Positions 29,047-42,265 of a stretch of 64,000 nt of DNA are shown piece by piece. The notes beneath the pieces were generated by a model that worked only from the letters and a program-made list of their open reading frames with translations, did no database searches and was not told where the DNA came from. Numbering within the stretch: position 1 is the first letter of the stretch; each line of letters begins with the position of its first letter. The position numbers were made by a program, and so were the translations under genes. Source of the DNA: a bacterium (GTDB lineage Bacteria > Krumholzibacteriota > Krumholzibacteriia > LZORAL124-64-63); assembly GCA_031441465.1 (NCBI GenBank), contig JANOEP010000054.1, positions 1 to 64,000 of the forward strand, written 5' to 3'.

Positions 29047-31086
29047 ATGACCATCGTCGCCACCCCACGCCGGGCCGCCGCCGCGGCCCTGCTGGCCGCC
29101 TGCCTCGCCGCCGCCGGCTGCGAGATCGCCGACCCCGCCCTGCCGGTCTTCACGACCCGGGTCTCGGTGCCGATCGGCACGCACGAACTCACGGTGCTCG
29201 AGCTGCTCGAGGACCAGGACGACGTCGTCGCGGGCGCGGATTCCGTCCTGGTGTTCGGCGCGCGGGGCGACACGACGGCCGTCGCGCTGGACCTCGACCT
29301 CACCGCCGAGCTGGACGGCCTCGACGTCGCGGCCGAACTCGGCGCCTTCGCGCTGCCGGACCAGCCGCCCAGGACCGCGGGCTTCACGCTGGCCGAGATC
29401 GCGCCCGAGTTGGCGGCGCTGCCGCCGGTGCCGCTGCCGGTGCCGGCCTTCACGATCGATCTGCAGAGCGACCCGACGCCCCTGGATCGCCTCGAATCCG
29501 CGCGCATCGCCTCCGGCCGGCTCGAAGTGCGGCTGCGCAACGGGCTGCCGGTGCCCGTCTCGGGCGCGGCGGCGCCGGAACGGCTCGTCGCCGACGTCCT
29601 GGACGGTGCGGGCGTAGTGGTGACGACGGTGATCTTCGACGGCGAGATCGCCGCGGGTGACAGCGCCTCCGCGCAGGCCGACCTCGCCGGCGCCGTGCTG
29701 GCCGGCGGTCTGGCCGTGCGCCTGCAGGGAGGTTCGCCGGGCGCGGCCGCCGCGGTCGTGACGCCCGACGCCTCGCTGTCGGTGACGCTGCTGCTGACCG
29801 ACCTGGTCGTCGACGAGGCCACGGCCCGGGTCGAGGCGCTCTCGTTCGTCGAGTCGGGCGGCGCGGATCTGCCGGACTCGTTCGGCGTCCTCGCGGCGAC
29901 GATCGGCAGCGGCCTGCTGGATCTGGCGCTGTCCAGCGGCTTCGACCTGCCGTGCGCGGCGCGCGTGACCTTCCCGCAGATGCGGGATCTCCGCGGCGAC
30001 ACGCTGGCCGTGCGCTTGGACCTGCCGGCGGGCGGCGAGCGGCGCACGGTCGTGGACCTCGCCGGCTGCACGATCACCGCCGCCGGCAACGACCCGCTGA
30101 CCCGGCTGAGCTACGACGTGGCGGTGACCTCGCCCGGCAGCGGCGCGGGCGTGGTCACGCTGTCCGCGGACGCCGGCCTGTCCGCGACCATCGCGCCGCT
30201 GGTGCTGGCGTTCGCCGAGGTGCAGGGCGTGTTCCCCCGCGAGGTCTTCGCCTTCGACCCGCACACCGAGACGATCGACATCCCCGACGAACTCGACGGC
30301 GTCCGCCTGGCCTCGGCGACGCTGGTGGTGGACGTGTTCAACGGCACCGGCATCGCCGGCGAGATCGCCTTGAGCCTCGTGGGCCGCAACGCCGCCGGCG
30401 ACGAAGCGGAACTGAGCGTGGTGGCCGCCGTCGCGCCCGCGCGCGCCGGCGGCGAGACGCGCACGACCATCGTCCTGGACGAGCACAACAGCAACATCGC
30501 GGACCTGCTGAGCCTCCTGCCGGAAGAACTGACATTCTCCGGCGCGGTCAGCCTCGGCGGCGACGGCTGGGTCGGCACGGTGCGCCCCGGCGACCGGGCC
30601 CGCGCCTGCTGGCGCGTGGACGCGCCGCTGCGGCTCGAACTGCTGCCCTCCGAGATCGCGTTCGACCCCGAGCCGCTGGACCTGGACGACGACCTGCGCC
30701 GGGACCTCGACCGCCACCTCGAGACGGCGGCGATCACCGCCGTGATCGGCAACCACCTCCCCTTCGGCGTGGACCTGCGGCTGCAGGTCGGGCCCGACAG
30801 CCTGTCGGCGCTGACCTCGCCCGAACTGGTGATCGGCCCGTTGGCCGTGGCCGCCGGCCTGGTCGGCGACGTCGGCGGCTACGTGACGTCGGCGGCCGAC
30901 AGCCGGCACGTCGTCGCCCTGGACCGCGACCAGGTGCGGGCGCTGACCAGGCCGGGCGCCTTCACCGTCGCGGTGGCGACCCTGCCCGGCACCGGCGGGC
31001 GGATCGTGTCCCTGCGCAGCCTCGACCGCGTGACGGTGAGCGGCGCGCTCACGGCCGAGATCACCGTCAGCGACGACGACGAATGA
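29047..31086 (+). CDS. Beta-rich lipoprotein of unknown function with internal repeats
   Basis: Lipobox-like AAAG-C, GGGAG RBS, beta-strand-rich sequence with strong GC3 bias. Confidence 0.75.
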   Translation: MTIVATPRRAAAAALLAACLAAAGCEIADPALPVFTTRVSVPIGTHELTVLELLEDQDDVVAGADSVLVFGARGDTTAVALDLDLTAELDGLDVAAELGAFALPDQPPRTAGFTLAEIAPELAALPPVPLPVPAFTIDLQSDPTPLDRLESARIASGRLEVRLRNGLPVPVSGAAAPERLVADVLDGAGVVVTTVIFDGEIAAGDSASAQADLAGAVLAGGLAVRLQGGSPGAAAAVVTPDASLSVTLLLTDLVVDEATARVEALSFVESGGADLPDSFGVLAATIGSGLLDLALSSGFDLPCAARVTFPQMRDLRGDTLAVRLDLPAGGERRTVVDLAGCTITAAGNDPLTRLSYDVAVTSPGSGAGVVTLSADAGLSATIAPLVLAFAEVQGVFPREVFAFDPHTETIDIPDELDGVRLASATLVVDVFNGTGIAGEIALSLVGRNAAGDEAELSVVAAVAPARAGGETRTTIVLDEHNSNIADLLSLLPEELTFSGAVSLGGDGWVGTVRPGDRARACWRVDAPLRLELLPSEIAFDPEPLDLDDDLRRDLDRHLETAAITAVIGNHLPFGVDLRLQVGPDSLSALTSPELVIGPLAVAAGLVGDVGGYVTSAADSRHVVALDRDQVRALTRPGAFTVAVATLPGTGGRIVSLRSLDRVTVSGALTAEITVSDDDE

Positions 31087-31112
31087 CGACCCCCGCGCCC
31101 CGGAGGCGACCC

Positions 31113-32402
31113 ATGACCGCCCGACGAACGACGATTAGCATCACAACGTCCCCGACCCGCCGCGCCGCGTCGCTGCTCGCCCTGTTGACGGCTCTGACCG
31201 CGACTCTGTCCGCGGCGCCGGCCGCCGCCCAGGGCCAGGTGCGCGCCATGGGAATGGCCGGGGCCTACACGGCCGCGTCGCGCGGCCTCGACGCCGTCGG
31301 TTGGAACCCGGCGAACCTCGCTCTGCGCCGTCCCCACGGCGTGGAGGTCGGTCTGGCCGCGGTCGCCATGGACCTCAACAACAACGCCTTCTCCCTGGAG
31401 CGGTACAACGAGATCTCCGGCGCGACGCTCAGCGCCGCCGACAAGCAGCGCCTGCTCGACGACATCCCGGACGCGGGGTTCATGCTGAACGCGGACGTGC
31501 GGGCCTCGGCCCTGGGTGTGTGCGCGGGTCCCGTGGCCCTGAGCCTGCAGGGGCTCGCCGGCGGCACCGGCACCCTGGACAAGGACTTCTTCGACCTGAT
31601 CCTGATGGGCAACGAGATCGGCGAGAGCTTCTCGTTCGAGGATACCGACGGCGAAGCCTTCGCGCTGGCCTCCGGCACGCTGTCGTTCGCGACGCCGGTG
31701 CTGACCGGCCGCGCCGTGCGCCTGTCGGCCGGCGTCAACGCCCGCTACCTGCACGGCATCTACGACCTGCGGGTCGAGGCGGCGAGCGGCGGCATCGTCG
31801 CCACGATGACCGAAGTCCGCGGCGAGGCGGCCGCCTCCTACCTCACGTCGCGCGGCGGGACCGGCTACGCGGTGGACGTCGGCCTGGCGCTGCAGGCGCC
31901 GCGCGGCTGGGTCTTCGGCCTGGCGATGAGCAACGCCGCGAGCCGCATCGAGTGGGACCGCGACGTCGAGCGCACGACGTGGCGGGCGACGGCCGACTCG
32001 CTGTCGCTGGCCACCGACGATCCCGCGGACAGGATCATCGACGAGGAGACCGTCGAGGCGGCGGCGCCCTACGCGCGCAGCCTGCCGTCGACGGTCCGCT
32101 TCGGCGCCAGCAACGCCCTGGGACCCTTGCTGTTGGCGGTGGACGTGGTGAAGCCGCTGGACGGCCGCGCGGGCGCGGGCCGGCGCTTCGAGCTGAACAC
32201 GGGCCTGGAGTGGCGCCTGGGCGGGTGGCTGCGGCCGAGACTGGGCCTCGGATTCGGCGGCGACGTCGACCGGGCGGCGGCCGGGCTCGGCGTGATGCTG
32301 GGGCCGTTGTGCTGGGATCTGGCCGTAGCGAACCGCGGCGCCTTCATCCCCGACGACACCAAGGGACTGGCGGCGGCTTCGGGCGTGTCGCTGGCGTTCT
32401 AG
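31113..32402 (+). CDS. Outer-membrane beta-barrel protein (DUF5723/TraF-like, FadL-related N-terminus)
   Basis: Signal peptide, RAMGMAGAYTA....DAV.WNPANL, GYAVDVG, LPSTVRFG, C-terminal VSLAF; GGAGG before ATG 31113. Confidence 0.72.
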   Translation: MTARRTTISITTSPTRRAASLLALLTALTATLSAAPAAAQGQVRAMGMAGAYTAASRGLDAVGWNPANLALRRPHGVEVGLAAVAMDLNNNAFSLERYNEISGATLSAADKQRLLDDIPDAGFMLNADVRASALGVCAGPVALSLQGLAGGTGTLDKDFFDLILMGNEIGESFSFEDTDGEAFALASGTLSFATPVLTGRAVRLSAGVNARYLHGIYDLRVEAASGGIVATMTEVRGEAAASYLTSRGGTGYAVDVGLALQAPRGWVFGLAMSNAASRIEWDRDVERTTWRATADSLSLATDDPADRIIDEETVEAAAPYARSLPSTVRFGASNALGPLLLAVDVVKPLDGRAGAGRRFELNTGLEWRLGGWLRPRLGLGFGGDVDRAAAGLGVMLGPLCWDLAVANRGAFIPDDTKGLAAASGVSLAF

Positions 32403-33109
32403 CCGAAGTGCTCGTCGAAGACGGCGGCGAGGAGGTCATCGAGCTCCATCGCGAAGGAGCCCTCGCAGTCCCGCCCCAACAGTTCGCCCAGGTTCGTCGT
32501 GGCCGCCAGCAAGGCGGCGCGGCGGACCGGCCCGTGGTCCTCGCCCCGCAGACAATCCAGCAGGTCGGCGTGGGCGGGTCCGGTCAGGATCGACCCGTGC
32601 TGCAGGAAGCGGTCGGGATGCCGCCGCTGCGCCGAGCCGACGAGCTTGCGCCCGCCGACGGTCACCTCGTGGCGGCCGGCGGTCTGGAAACAGACGGCGC
32701 CGCGGGCCGCGGCCAGGCTCTCGCCCTGCGAGACGTCCGGCGACAGGCCGAGCCGGCGCAGGAACTCCGTCAGCGCCCCGTTGATCGCCGTGTAGACGGC
32801 GTGCAGATCGTCGCCGAAGCGCGCCGACGGCGCCCCTCCCACCACGGCATAAGTGAGTTCCTGGGCGTGGAGGATGGCGCGGCCGCCGGTCGGGCGGCGC
32901 ACGAGACCCCAGCCGCGGCGGGCGATCAGATCACGGTCGAAGTCGTCGGGGTCCTGGTGGTAGCCGTAGGAGACCGCCGGCGGGGACCAGCGGTAGAGAC
33001 GCAGGACGGGCGGGTCGCGCGGCGCGCGGCGCGCGAGCAGCTCGGCGTCGGCCGCCATGTTGTCGGCGCCGGGGCGCGCACCGTCGCGGATCACGATCAG
33101 GCGCGCCAT
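32399..33109 (-). CDS. Lipoate-protein ligase family (LipM/LplA-like)
   Basis: NMAAD, LRLYRW, VRRPTGGRAILH..ELTY, GRKLVGSAQ, QHGSI; directly downstream of the gcv operon. Confidence 0.9.
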   Translation of the reverse strand: MARLIVIRDGARPGADNMAADAELLARRAPRDPPVLRLYRWSPPAVSYGYHQDPDDFDRDLIARRGWGLVRRPTGGRAILHAQELTYAVVGGAPSARFGDDLHAVYTAINGALTEFLRRLGLSPDVSQGESLAAARGAVCFQTAGRHEVTVGGRKLVGSAQRRHPDRFLQHGSILTGPAHADLLDCLRGEDHGPVRRAALLAATTNLGELLGRDCEGSFAMELDDLLAAVFDEHFG

Positions 33110-33110
33110 C

Positions 33111-34616
33111 TCAGCCGCAGTTGCAGGGGCCGAGCCAGCTCAGGTCGGGCCGGCGGGCGGCGGCGGCTTCGTCCAGGCGCGAGACCGGGGTGGTGTGCGG
33201 CGCCGTCCGCAGCAGGTCGGGGTCGTGCTCGGCCTCGGCGCGGATGGCGGCCACGACCGCGACGAAGCGGTCCAGGGTCTCCTTGGACTCCGTCTCGGTG
33301 GGCTCGATCATGATCGCCTCGTCCACGATCAGCGGGAAATAGATCGTCGGCGCGTGGATGCCGTAGTCGAGCATGCGCTTGGCGATGTCCAGCGTGCGCA
33401 CGCCGTACAGGTCCTTCCAGTCGGAGCCCGTGGCGATGAACTCGTGGAGCGTCCCCTCGGCGTGCCGGACCGTCAGCAGGCCTTCCAGGCGCTTGCGCAG
33501 GTAGTTGGCGTTCAGCACCGCGCGCTCCGAAACGCGCGTCAGCCCGTCGCCGCCCAGGCGCAGGATGTAGGTCAGGGCGCGCAGGCAGACGCCCGTGTTG
33601 CCCTGGTAGGCGTGCACGCTCGGGCGGCATTCGCCGACGCAGGCGTCGAGGCTGTAGACGCCCTCACGTTCGCGGATCAACGGCGGCGGCAGGAAGCGCG
33701 CCAGTTCTTCCGTCACGCAGATGGGGCCGGCGCCGGGGCCGCCGCCGCCGTGGGGCGTGGAGAAGGTCTTGTGCAGGTTCAGGTGCACGACGTCGAAGCC
33801 CATCAGCGCCGGCTTCGCCTTGCCGAGGATGGCGTTGAGGTTGGCGCCGTCCATGTACAGCAGCCCGCCCGCGTCGTGGACGATGCGCGCGACCTCCACG
33901 ATGTCGGTCTCGAACAGGCCCAGCGTGTTGGGGTTGGTGATCATGATGCCGGCGGTCTGCGGCCCGACCGCGGCCCGCAGGGCGTCCAGGTCCAGCTTGC
34001 CGTCCGGCCCCGACTTCAGCATCCTGGGCTGCAGGCCCGTCAGGACCACCGAGGCGGGGTTGGTGCCGTGGGCGGAATCGGGGATCAGCACCTCGGTGCG
34101 GCCGGTCGCGCCGCTCTCGAGGTGGTGGGCGCGGATCACCTGCATGCCCAGGTACTCGCCGTGGGCGCCGGCGGCCGGCTGCAGGCTGCAGGCGGCGAAA
34201 CCGGTGATCTCGCACAGCGCGTCCTGCAGCAGCTTCAGGGCGCAGAGCAGGCCCTGCAGGTCCGCCTCGTCCTGCTCGGGGTGCAGGGAGGCGAAGCCCG
34301 ACAGCGCGGCCACCTTCTCGTTGAGCCGCGGGTTGTACTTCATCGTGCAGCTGCCCAGGGGGTACAGCCCGCGCTCGATGTGGTGGTTGAGGTTGGACAG
34401 CAGGGTGTAGTGGCGGAGCACCTCCAGCTCCGAGAGCGACGGCAGGTCCGCCGGCGCCGCACGCAGCGCGTCGGCGGGCAGCCGCACGTCGACCTCGTCG
34501 CCGCGCCAGGCGGGCATCGTCGTGGCGCGCCGGCCGGCGCGCCCCTTGGCGAACAGACTCGTCTGCAGGTCCGCGCCCCAGCGCGCGGGCGTCGCGCCCT
34601 GCCGCTCGTGGCTCAT
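33111..34616 (-). CDS. gcvPB: Glycine dehydrogenase subunit 2
   Basis: PLGSCTMKYNP, QPAAGAHGE, SAHGTNPAS, YMDGANLNA, HLNLHKTFSTPHGGGGPG. Confidence 0.96.
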   Translation of the reverse strand: MSHERQGATPARWGADLQTSLFAKGRAGRRATTMPAWRGDEVDVRLPADALRAAPADLPSLSELEVLRHYTLLSNLNHHIERGLYPLGSCTMKYNPRLNEKVAALSGFASLHPEQDEADLQGLLCALKLLQDALCEITGFAACSLQPAAGAHGEYLGMQVIRAHHLESGATGRTEVLIPDSAHGTNPASVVLTGLQPRMLKSGPDGKLDLDALRAAVGPQTAGIMITNPNTLGLFETDIVEVARIVHDAGGLLYMDGANLNAILGKAKPALMGFDVVHLNLHKTFSTPHGGGGPGAGPICVTEELARFLPPPLIREREGVYSLDACVGECRPSVHAYQGNTGVCLRALTYILRLGGDGLTRVSERAVLNANYLRKRLEGLLTVRHAEGTLHEFIATGSDWKDLYGVRTLDIAKRMLDYGIHAPTIYFPLIVDEAIMIEPTETESKETLDRFVAVVAAIRAEAEHDPDLLRTAPHTTPVSRLDEAAAARRPDLSWLGPCNCG

Positions 34617-34643
34617 GGTCGGCATCTCCTTCACCTTACCCGA

Positions 34644-35996
34644 TCAACAGGTTTCCAGGAAGTCGCGCAGGACGCTCCCGTAACGCTCGATCTCGTTGGC
34701 GGTGCGGCGCTCGGTGACCGCGACCAGCAGATCGCCCACCCCGCAGCCCGCGAAACCGTCCAGCGGGATGCCCGCCAGGATGCCCTGTTCGCGGGCGAAG
34801 GCGCGGAACTCGCGGGCAGGCCGCGGCAGGCGCACCACGAATTCGTTGAAGACGGGGCCGGCGAAGGGCAGCGTCACGCCGGCGATCCCGCGCAGGATCA
34901 CGCGCAGGGCCTCGCAGCGCACGCGGTTCGCCGCGCCCAGTTCGCGCAGACCCTCGGCGCCGAGCAGGGCGAGGTAGACGGTGCCCCGGGCCATGTTCAG
35001 GCCCTGGTTGGAGCAGATGTTCGACGTCGCCTTCTCCCGCCGGATGTGCTGCTCGCGGGTCTGCAGGGTCAGGACGTAGCCCTCGCGGCCGTCGTGGTCG
35101 ACGGTGCGGCCGACGACGCGGCCCGGGATCAGCCGCTTCAGGTCGTCGGCGCAGGACAGGAACCCCAGCAGGGGGCCGCCCCAACCGCAAGGCACGCCGA
35201 AGGGCTGCGCTTCGCCCGTCGCCACGGCGGCGCCGTACTCGGCGGGCGACTTGAGCAGCGAGAGCGAGACCGGGTTGACCGAGGCCACGAGCAGCGCCCC
35301 GACTTCGCGCGCCGCCGCGGCGAGCGCGGCGACGGGCTCGATCAGGCCCAGGTGGTTGGGATTCTGGATCACGACCGCGCCGACCTTGCCGTCGAGCACG
35401 GCGCGCAGCGCGACGGGATCGGTCGTCCCGGCGGGCGAAGCCGCCGCGGTGAGGATCGTCACGCCTTCGCTCGCGAGGTTCGTCTCCAGGACGCGGCGGT
35501 GGCGCGGGTTCAGGGCGGCGGGCAGCACCACGGCGTCGCGGCCGGTGCGGCCGAGCGCCATGCGGATCCCCTCGACCAGCGCCGTCGAACCGTCGTACAT
35601 GCTGGCGTTGGCCACCGGCAGGCCCGTCAGCCGAGTGATGAAGGTCTGCCACTCGTAGATGACCTGCAGCGTGCCCTGGGAGACCTCGGGCTGGTAGGGC
35701 GTGTAGGCCGTGAGGAACTCGCTGCGCGAGACCACGGCGTCCACGGCGGCGGGGATCGCGGCGTCGTAGACGCCCCCGCCCAGGAAGGAGACGAGTTCGT
35801 CCTGGCCCGCGTTCAGCGCGGCCAGGTTGCTCATCACGCGCCAGACCTCCTCCTCCGACAGCGAGGACGGCAAGTCCAGCCCCGCCGGCGGCCGCACGGC
35901 CGCGGGCAGGGTGCGGAACAGGTCGTCGACGGACTCGAGGCCGAGGACGTCCAGCATCTCGCGGATGTCCTCTGCGGTGTGCGGCGTGTAAGGCAT
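34644..35996 (-). CDS. gcvPA: Glycine dehydrogenase subunit 1
   Basis: EFLTAYTPYQPEVSQG, NASMYDG, LQTREQHIRREKATSNICSNQ. Confidence 0.96.
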   Translation of the reverse strand: MPYTPHTAEDIREMLDVLGLESVDDLFRTLPAAVRPPAGLDLPSSLSEEEVWRVMSNLAALNAGQDELVSFLGGGVYDAAIPAAVDAVVSRSEFLTAYTPYQPEVSQGTLQVIYEWQTFITRLTGLPVANASMYDGSTALVEGIRMALGRTGRDAVVLPAALNPRHRRVLETNLASEGVTILTAAASPAGTTDPVALRAVLDGKVGAVVIQNPNHLGLIEPVAALAAAAREVGALLVASVNPVSLSLLKSPAEYGAAVATGEAQPFGVPCGWGGPLLGFLSCADDLKRLIPGRVVGRTVDHDGREGYVLTLQTREQHIRREKATSNICSNQGLNMARGTVYLALLGAEGLRELGAANRVRCEALRVILRGIAGVTLPFAGPVFNEFVVRLPRPAREFRAFAREQGILAGIPLDGFAGCGVGDLLVAVTERRTANEIERYGSVLRDFLETC

Positions 35997-36003
35997 GGGC
36001 GCC

Positions 36004-36381
36004 TCAGCTTCCGATGAGGGCGTCGTAATCGTCGGCCGTGAGCAGCTCGTCGAGTTCGCTCCGGTCCTCGATGCGCACCTTGAAGAGCCAGCCCGCCTCG
36101 AGCGGGTCCTGGTTGACCGTCTCGGGAGCGTCGAGCACCGCTTCGTTCACGGCGATCACCTCGCCGCCCACCGGGCTGAACAGGTCCTCGACCGACTTGA
36201 CGGTCTCGATGGTCCCGACCGCCTCGCCCTGCGCGACGACGGTGCCGACTTCGGGCAACTCGAGGAAGACGACATCGCCCAGTTCGTGGGCCGCGTACTC
36301 GGTCACGCCCACCGTGGCGCTCTCGCCCTCGGCCAGCACCCACTCGTGGTCCTTCGTGTACTTGCGGTCGCTCGTCACCAT
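36004..36381 (-). CDS. gcvH: Glycine cleavage system H protein
   Basis: YTKDHEW, LGDVVFLELP, lipoyl-Lys motif IETVKS, VNQDP..GW. Confidence 0.96.
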   Translation of the reverse strand: MVTSDRKYTKDHEWVLAEGESATVGVTEYAAHELGDVVFLELPEVGTVVAQGEAVGTIETVKSVEDLFSPVGGEVIAVNEAVLDAPETVNQDPLEAGWLFKVRIEDRSELDELLTADDYDALIGS

Positions 36382-36408
36382 GCCGTTCTCCTCCTGCCGG
36401 TTGATGCG

Positions 36409-37584
36409 TCAGCGCGCGGCGCGCGGGTCACCCTTGACCCGGGCCGCGAGGAAGGGGTACGGGACCACGCGCACCGGATGTTTCCGGTCGCGGATCTCCA
36501 CGCTCAGCCGCGCAGGGTCGCACCCCGCGTCGATCAGGGCCAGGGCCAGCGAGCGCCCCAGGGTCGGGCTCTTGGTGCCGCTGGTCACGAAGCCCGCCGG
36601 CCGGTCGTCGCAGAACACCGGCGCGCCCTGGCGCGCGATGGGCGCGGGGCGCTCGCGGCCGGCGGCGTCGGCCGCCGTCACTTCGAGTCCGGCCAACTTC
36701 CGCGGCAGGCCGCTCTCCACCTGGCGCTGCAGGGCTTCGCTGCCGACGAAGGCGCGATCCTTCAAACGCACGGCCCAGCCGATGCCGGCCTCGAGCGGCG
36801 TCCAATCCTCGCTGAGTTCGTGGCCGTACAGGCAGTAGCCGGGCTCGAAGCGCAGCGTGTCCCGCGCCGCCAGACCGATGGGTTCGACACCCAGGTCCCC
36901 GCCCAGGGCCAGCAGTTCCTCCCACAGCGGCAGCGCGTCGGCGTTCGGCACGTACAGTTCGTAGCCGCGCTCGCCGGTGTAACCGGTCCGCGAGACGATC
37001 CAGCGCCCGCCGGGGCGGGGCAGGACGAAGGTCGTGTAGAAGTCGAGGGCGTCGAGGGCGTCGGCGCTGCCGTTCAGCGCGGCGAGGCGGCCCGTCAGCG
37101 CCGCGGCCTCGGGGCCCTGCACCGCGATCATGGCCGTGCGGTCGCTGGCGTCGTCGAGCGCCACGCCGGCGGCGCCGGCGGCGCTGCCGGCGACCCAGGC
37201 GGCGATCTTGTCGTGGTTGGACGCGTTGCAGACGATCATCCAGTCCTCGCGGCCGAGCCGGTAGATCAGCATGTCGTCGAGCACGCCGCCGTCGGGGCGG
37301 CACATCGCCGTGTAGACGACCTTGCCGTCCGGGATGCCGGACACGCGGTTGGTGCAGAGCCCGTCGAGCCAGGCCTCGACGCCCGGCCCGCTCACAAGGA
37401 TCTCGCCCATGTGCGTGATGTCGAAGAGGCCCACGCGCTCGCGCACGGCCGCGTGCTCGGCGAGCACGCCCCGGTACTGAACGGGCATTTCGAAACCGGC
37501 GAAGGGGACCATGCGGGCGCCGTGGTCGCGGTGCCAGGCGGTCAGGGGGGTCGACCGCAGAGGGGTGTCGTCGATCCGGGTCAA
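36409..37584 (-). CDS. gcvT: Glycine cleavage aminomethyltransferase
   Basis: [51 protein letters not shown] start with GGAGG. Confidence 0.96.
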   Translation of the reverse strand: MTRIDDTPLRSTPLTAWHRDHGARMVPFAGFEMPVQYRGVLAEHAAVRERVGLFDITHMGEILVSGPGVEAWLDGLCTNRVSGIPDGKVVYTAMCRPDGGVLDDMLIYRLGREDWMIVCNASNHDKIAAWVAGSAAGAAGVALDDASDRTAMIAVQGPEAAALTGRLAALNGSADALDALDFYTTFVLPRPGGRWIVSRTGYTGERGYELYVPNADALPLWEELLALGGDLGVEPIGLAARDTLRFEPGYCLYGHELSEDWTPLEAGIGWAVRLKDRAFVGSEALQRQVESGLPRKLAGLEVTAADAAGRERPAPIARQGAPVFCDDRPAGFVTSGTKSPTLGRSLALALIDAGCDPARLSVEIRDRKHPVRVVPYPFLAARVKGDPRAAR

Positions 37585-37711
37585 AGCGTCCTCCTGAGCG
37601 AGAGGAACAGCGGGGTGCGGGATCGGAGTCGGCGTCGCTGGCGCCGGCCACGCCTAATCTAAACGGCCCGGGCGGGAAGTCCAGGAGCGAAACGGCGGCG
37701 TCGGCGGCGCT

Positions 37712-40537
<2,826 letters not shown>

Positions 40538-40553
40538 GGTTCTCCCGTCGCGG

Positions 40554-41279
40554 TCAGCGCGTGACCGCGGCCGGTGCCGCCGCCCCGTGCCGCATGGCGT
40601 CCCAGGCGGTGCGCTCGGCGGCGGTCAGCCCCGCGACGTCGTCGATCACCTGGGCCTCGAGGAGGTGCTGGGCCTTCAACGGGTTGTCGGCGCGGTCGCG
40701 CGGCGTCGTCACGATCGCGTCGACCGTGCCCAGGCCCGTCACGACCTTGCCGAAGGCGGTGTACTTCCGGTCGAGGTTCGCCGCGTCCGCCACGCAGATG
40801 AAGAACTGGCTGCCGGCCGAGTTGGGGTCGGACGACCGGGCCATCGACAGCACGCCCCGCGCGTGGTGGGTGGCGTTGAATTCCGCGTTCAGCTGCGCCT
40901 TCCCGCCCCCGGGCGTGTAGCCCTTGGCCTTGATCGCGGCGGGATCGCTCGTGAGCAGGGGCAGCTCCGCGGCCGTGAGCACGTCCTTCCAGAGGGGTCC
41001 CCCCTGGCCGTCGTTGGCGCGGTCGGCGTCCTTGGAGTTCGGGTCGCCGCCCTGGATCATGAACCCGGGGATCACGCGGTGGAAGGTCGTGCCGTTGTAG
41101 AAGCCGGAGCGGCACAGGTGCGCGAAGTTCGCGACGTGGTGCGGCGCCGTCTCGGGCGTCAACACCAGCAGGATCGGTCCGGCGTCCGTCTTGAGCCGGA
41201 CGAAGGGCTGGGCGCTGGCGGCGGCGGCGGCGAACAGGACCAGGGCAACGGTCAGGGCGATGGCGGCGATCGGTCGCAT
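40554..41279 (-). CDS. Exported cyclophilin-type peptidyl-prolyl isomerase
   Basis: Signal peptide, [43 protein letters not shown]. Confidence 0.93.
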   Translation of the reverse strand: MRPIAAIALTVALVLFAAAAASAQPFVRLKTDAGPILLVLTPETAPHHVANFAHLCRSGFYNGTTFHRVIPGFMIQGGDPNSKDADRANDGQGGPLWKDVLTAAELPLLTSDPAAIKAKGYTPGGGKAQLNAEFNATHHARGVLSMARSSDPNSAGSQFFICVADAANLDRKYTAFGKVVTGLGTVDAIVTTPRDRADNPLKAQHLLEAQVIDDVAGLTAAERTAWDAMRHGAAAPAAVTR

Positions 41280-41405
41280 CGGTCTTCCTTTCCTGCGGGT
41301 GACGGGAGACGGTCGGTCATCGTGACAGCCCTCATGCATAGCACGCCGGGCGTCCCGGGGCAACGGTGCGGCGGCGGCCGCCCGTCGGACGGCCCCGCCG
41401 GCGCG

Positions 41406-41436
41406 CGGAGAGCCGCCCCGTCGGGGCGGCTCTCCG
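41406..41436. terminator. Hairpin downstream of the OmpA/MotB-like gene
   Basis: cggagagccgcccc-gtc-ggggcggctctccg, a perfect 14-bp stem; no U-tract on the minus strand. Confidence 0.5.
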
Positions 41437-41459
41437 TTCCGCGGCGGCGTCGCGGCGCG

Positions 41460-42104
41460 CTACTGGTTGCGCGACCAGAGGCGTTCGGGCTTGTGCAGGG
41501 TCAGGCGGACGGCGTTGTTGTGGGCGCGGCCCTCCGACGTCGCCTCGTCGCCGACGGGGCGGAAGGGACCGTAGCTCACCACGGCGAAGCGCTTGGCGTC
41601 CATGTTGAGCACGTTGGTCATGTAGCGGACCACCGCGGCGGCGCGGGCCGCACTCAGCTCCCAGCCCGTGGGCCAGATCTCGCGGTAGTCGCCGGGCACG
41701 CCGTTGTCGTCGATGTTGCCCTCGACGTGGATGTCCCACTCGGGGTACTGGTCGCAGACCGACTGGACGGCCTCCAGCAGGGGCTTCTGCTTGTCGGTGA
41801 TGCCCAGGTTCACGCCCGAGAACACCAGCTCCTCGGTCAGGGCGACGGTGACGACTTCGCCGTTCTGCTCGACCAGGACAGCCTTCTCGGCTTCGAGCTG
41901 GGCGAGCTGCTCGCGCAGGCCCGCGGTCAGTTGCCGGCCCTCGGCGATGGTCGCCTCGCGCGCGGCGATCTCGGTCTGCAGGGACAGGATGCTGCCGTCG
42001 CGGTCCGCGACGAGCTGCTTGTAGTCGCTGCAGGGAGCGCAGCCGATCAGCGCGGCGCAGGCCGCGGCCGTCAGCAGCAGGGCGATCCGCATCGTGGTCC
42101 GCAT
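41460..42104 (-). CDS. OmpA/MotB C-terminal-domain lipoprotein
   Basis: Lipobox LIG-C, coiled coil, then IHVEG..D...[10 protein letters not shown] and YG.FRP motifs. Confidence 0.85.
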   Translation of the reverse strand: MRTTMRIALLLTAAACAALIGCAPCSDYKQLVADRDGSILSLQTEIAAREATIAEGRQLTAGLREQLAQLEAEKAVLVEQNGEVVTVALTEELVFSGVNLGITDKQKPLLEAVQSVCDQYPEWDIHVEGNIDDNGVPGDYREIWPTGWELSAARAAAVVRYMTNVLNMDAKRFAVVSYGPFRPVGDEATSEGRAHNNAVRLTLHKPERLWSRNQ

Positions 42105-42265
42105 GACTTTTCTCTCCTTCGCCGCGGCGCGGTCAGGTCGGGCCGCCCGCGCGGCCGTCGCCGCTGGGTGAAGTCACCGTCCGCTCGACGGACGCAACTG
42201 TCGACAATCTAATGTGGGGATCCCGTCAGGGGAAGCAGATTTTCGCCGACGCCCGGTCCGGTTGA

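Noticed and set aside
37585..37711. Glycine riboswitch upstream of gcvT
   Set aside because: Only ~70 nt lie between a putative -10 (TAGATT, 37656-37661) and the start, and no complete aptamer pattern is present.
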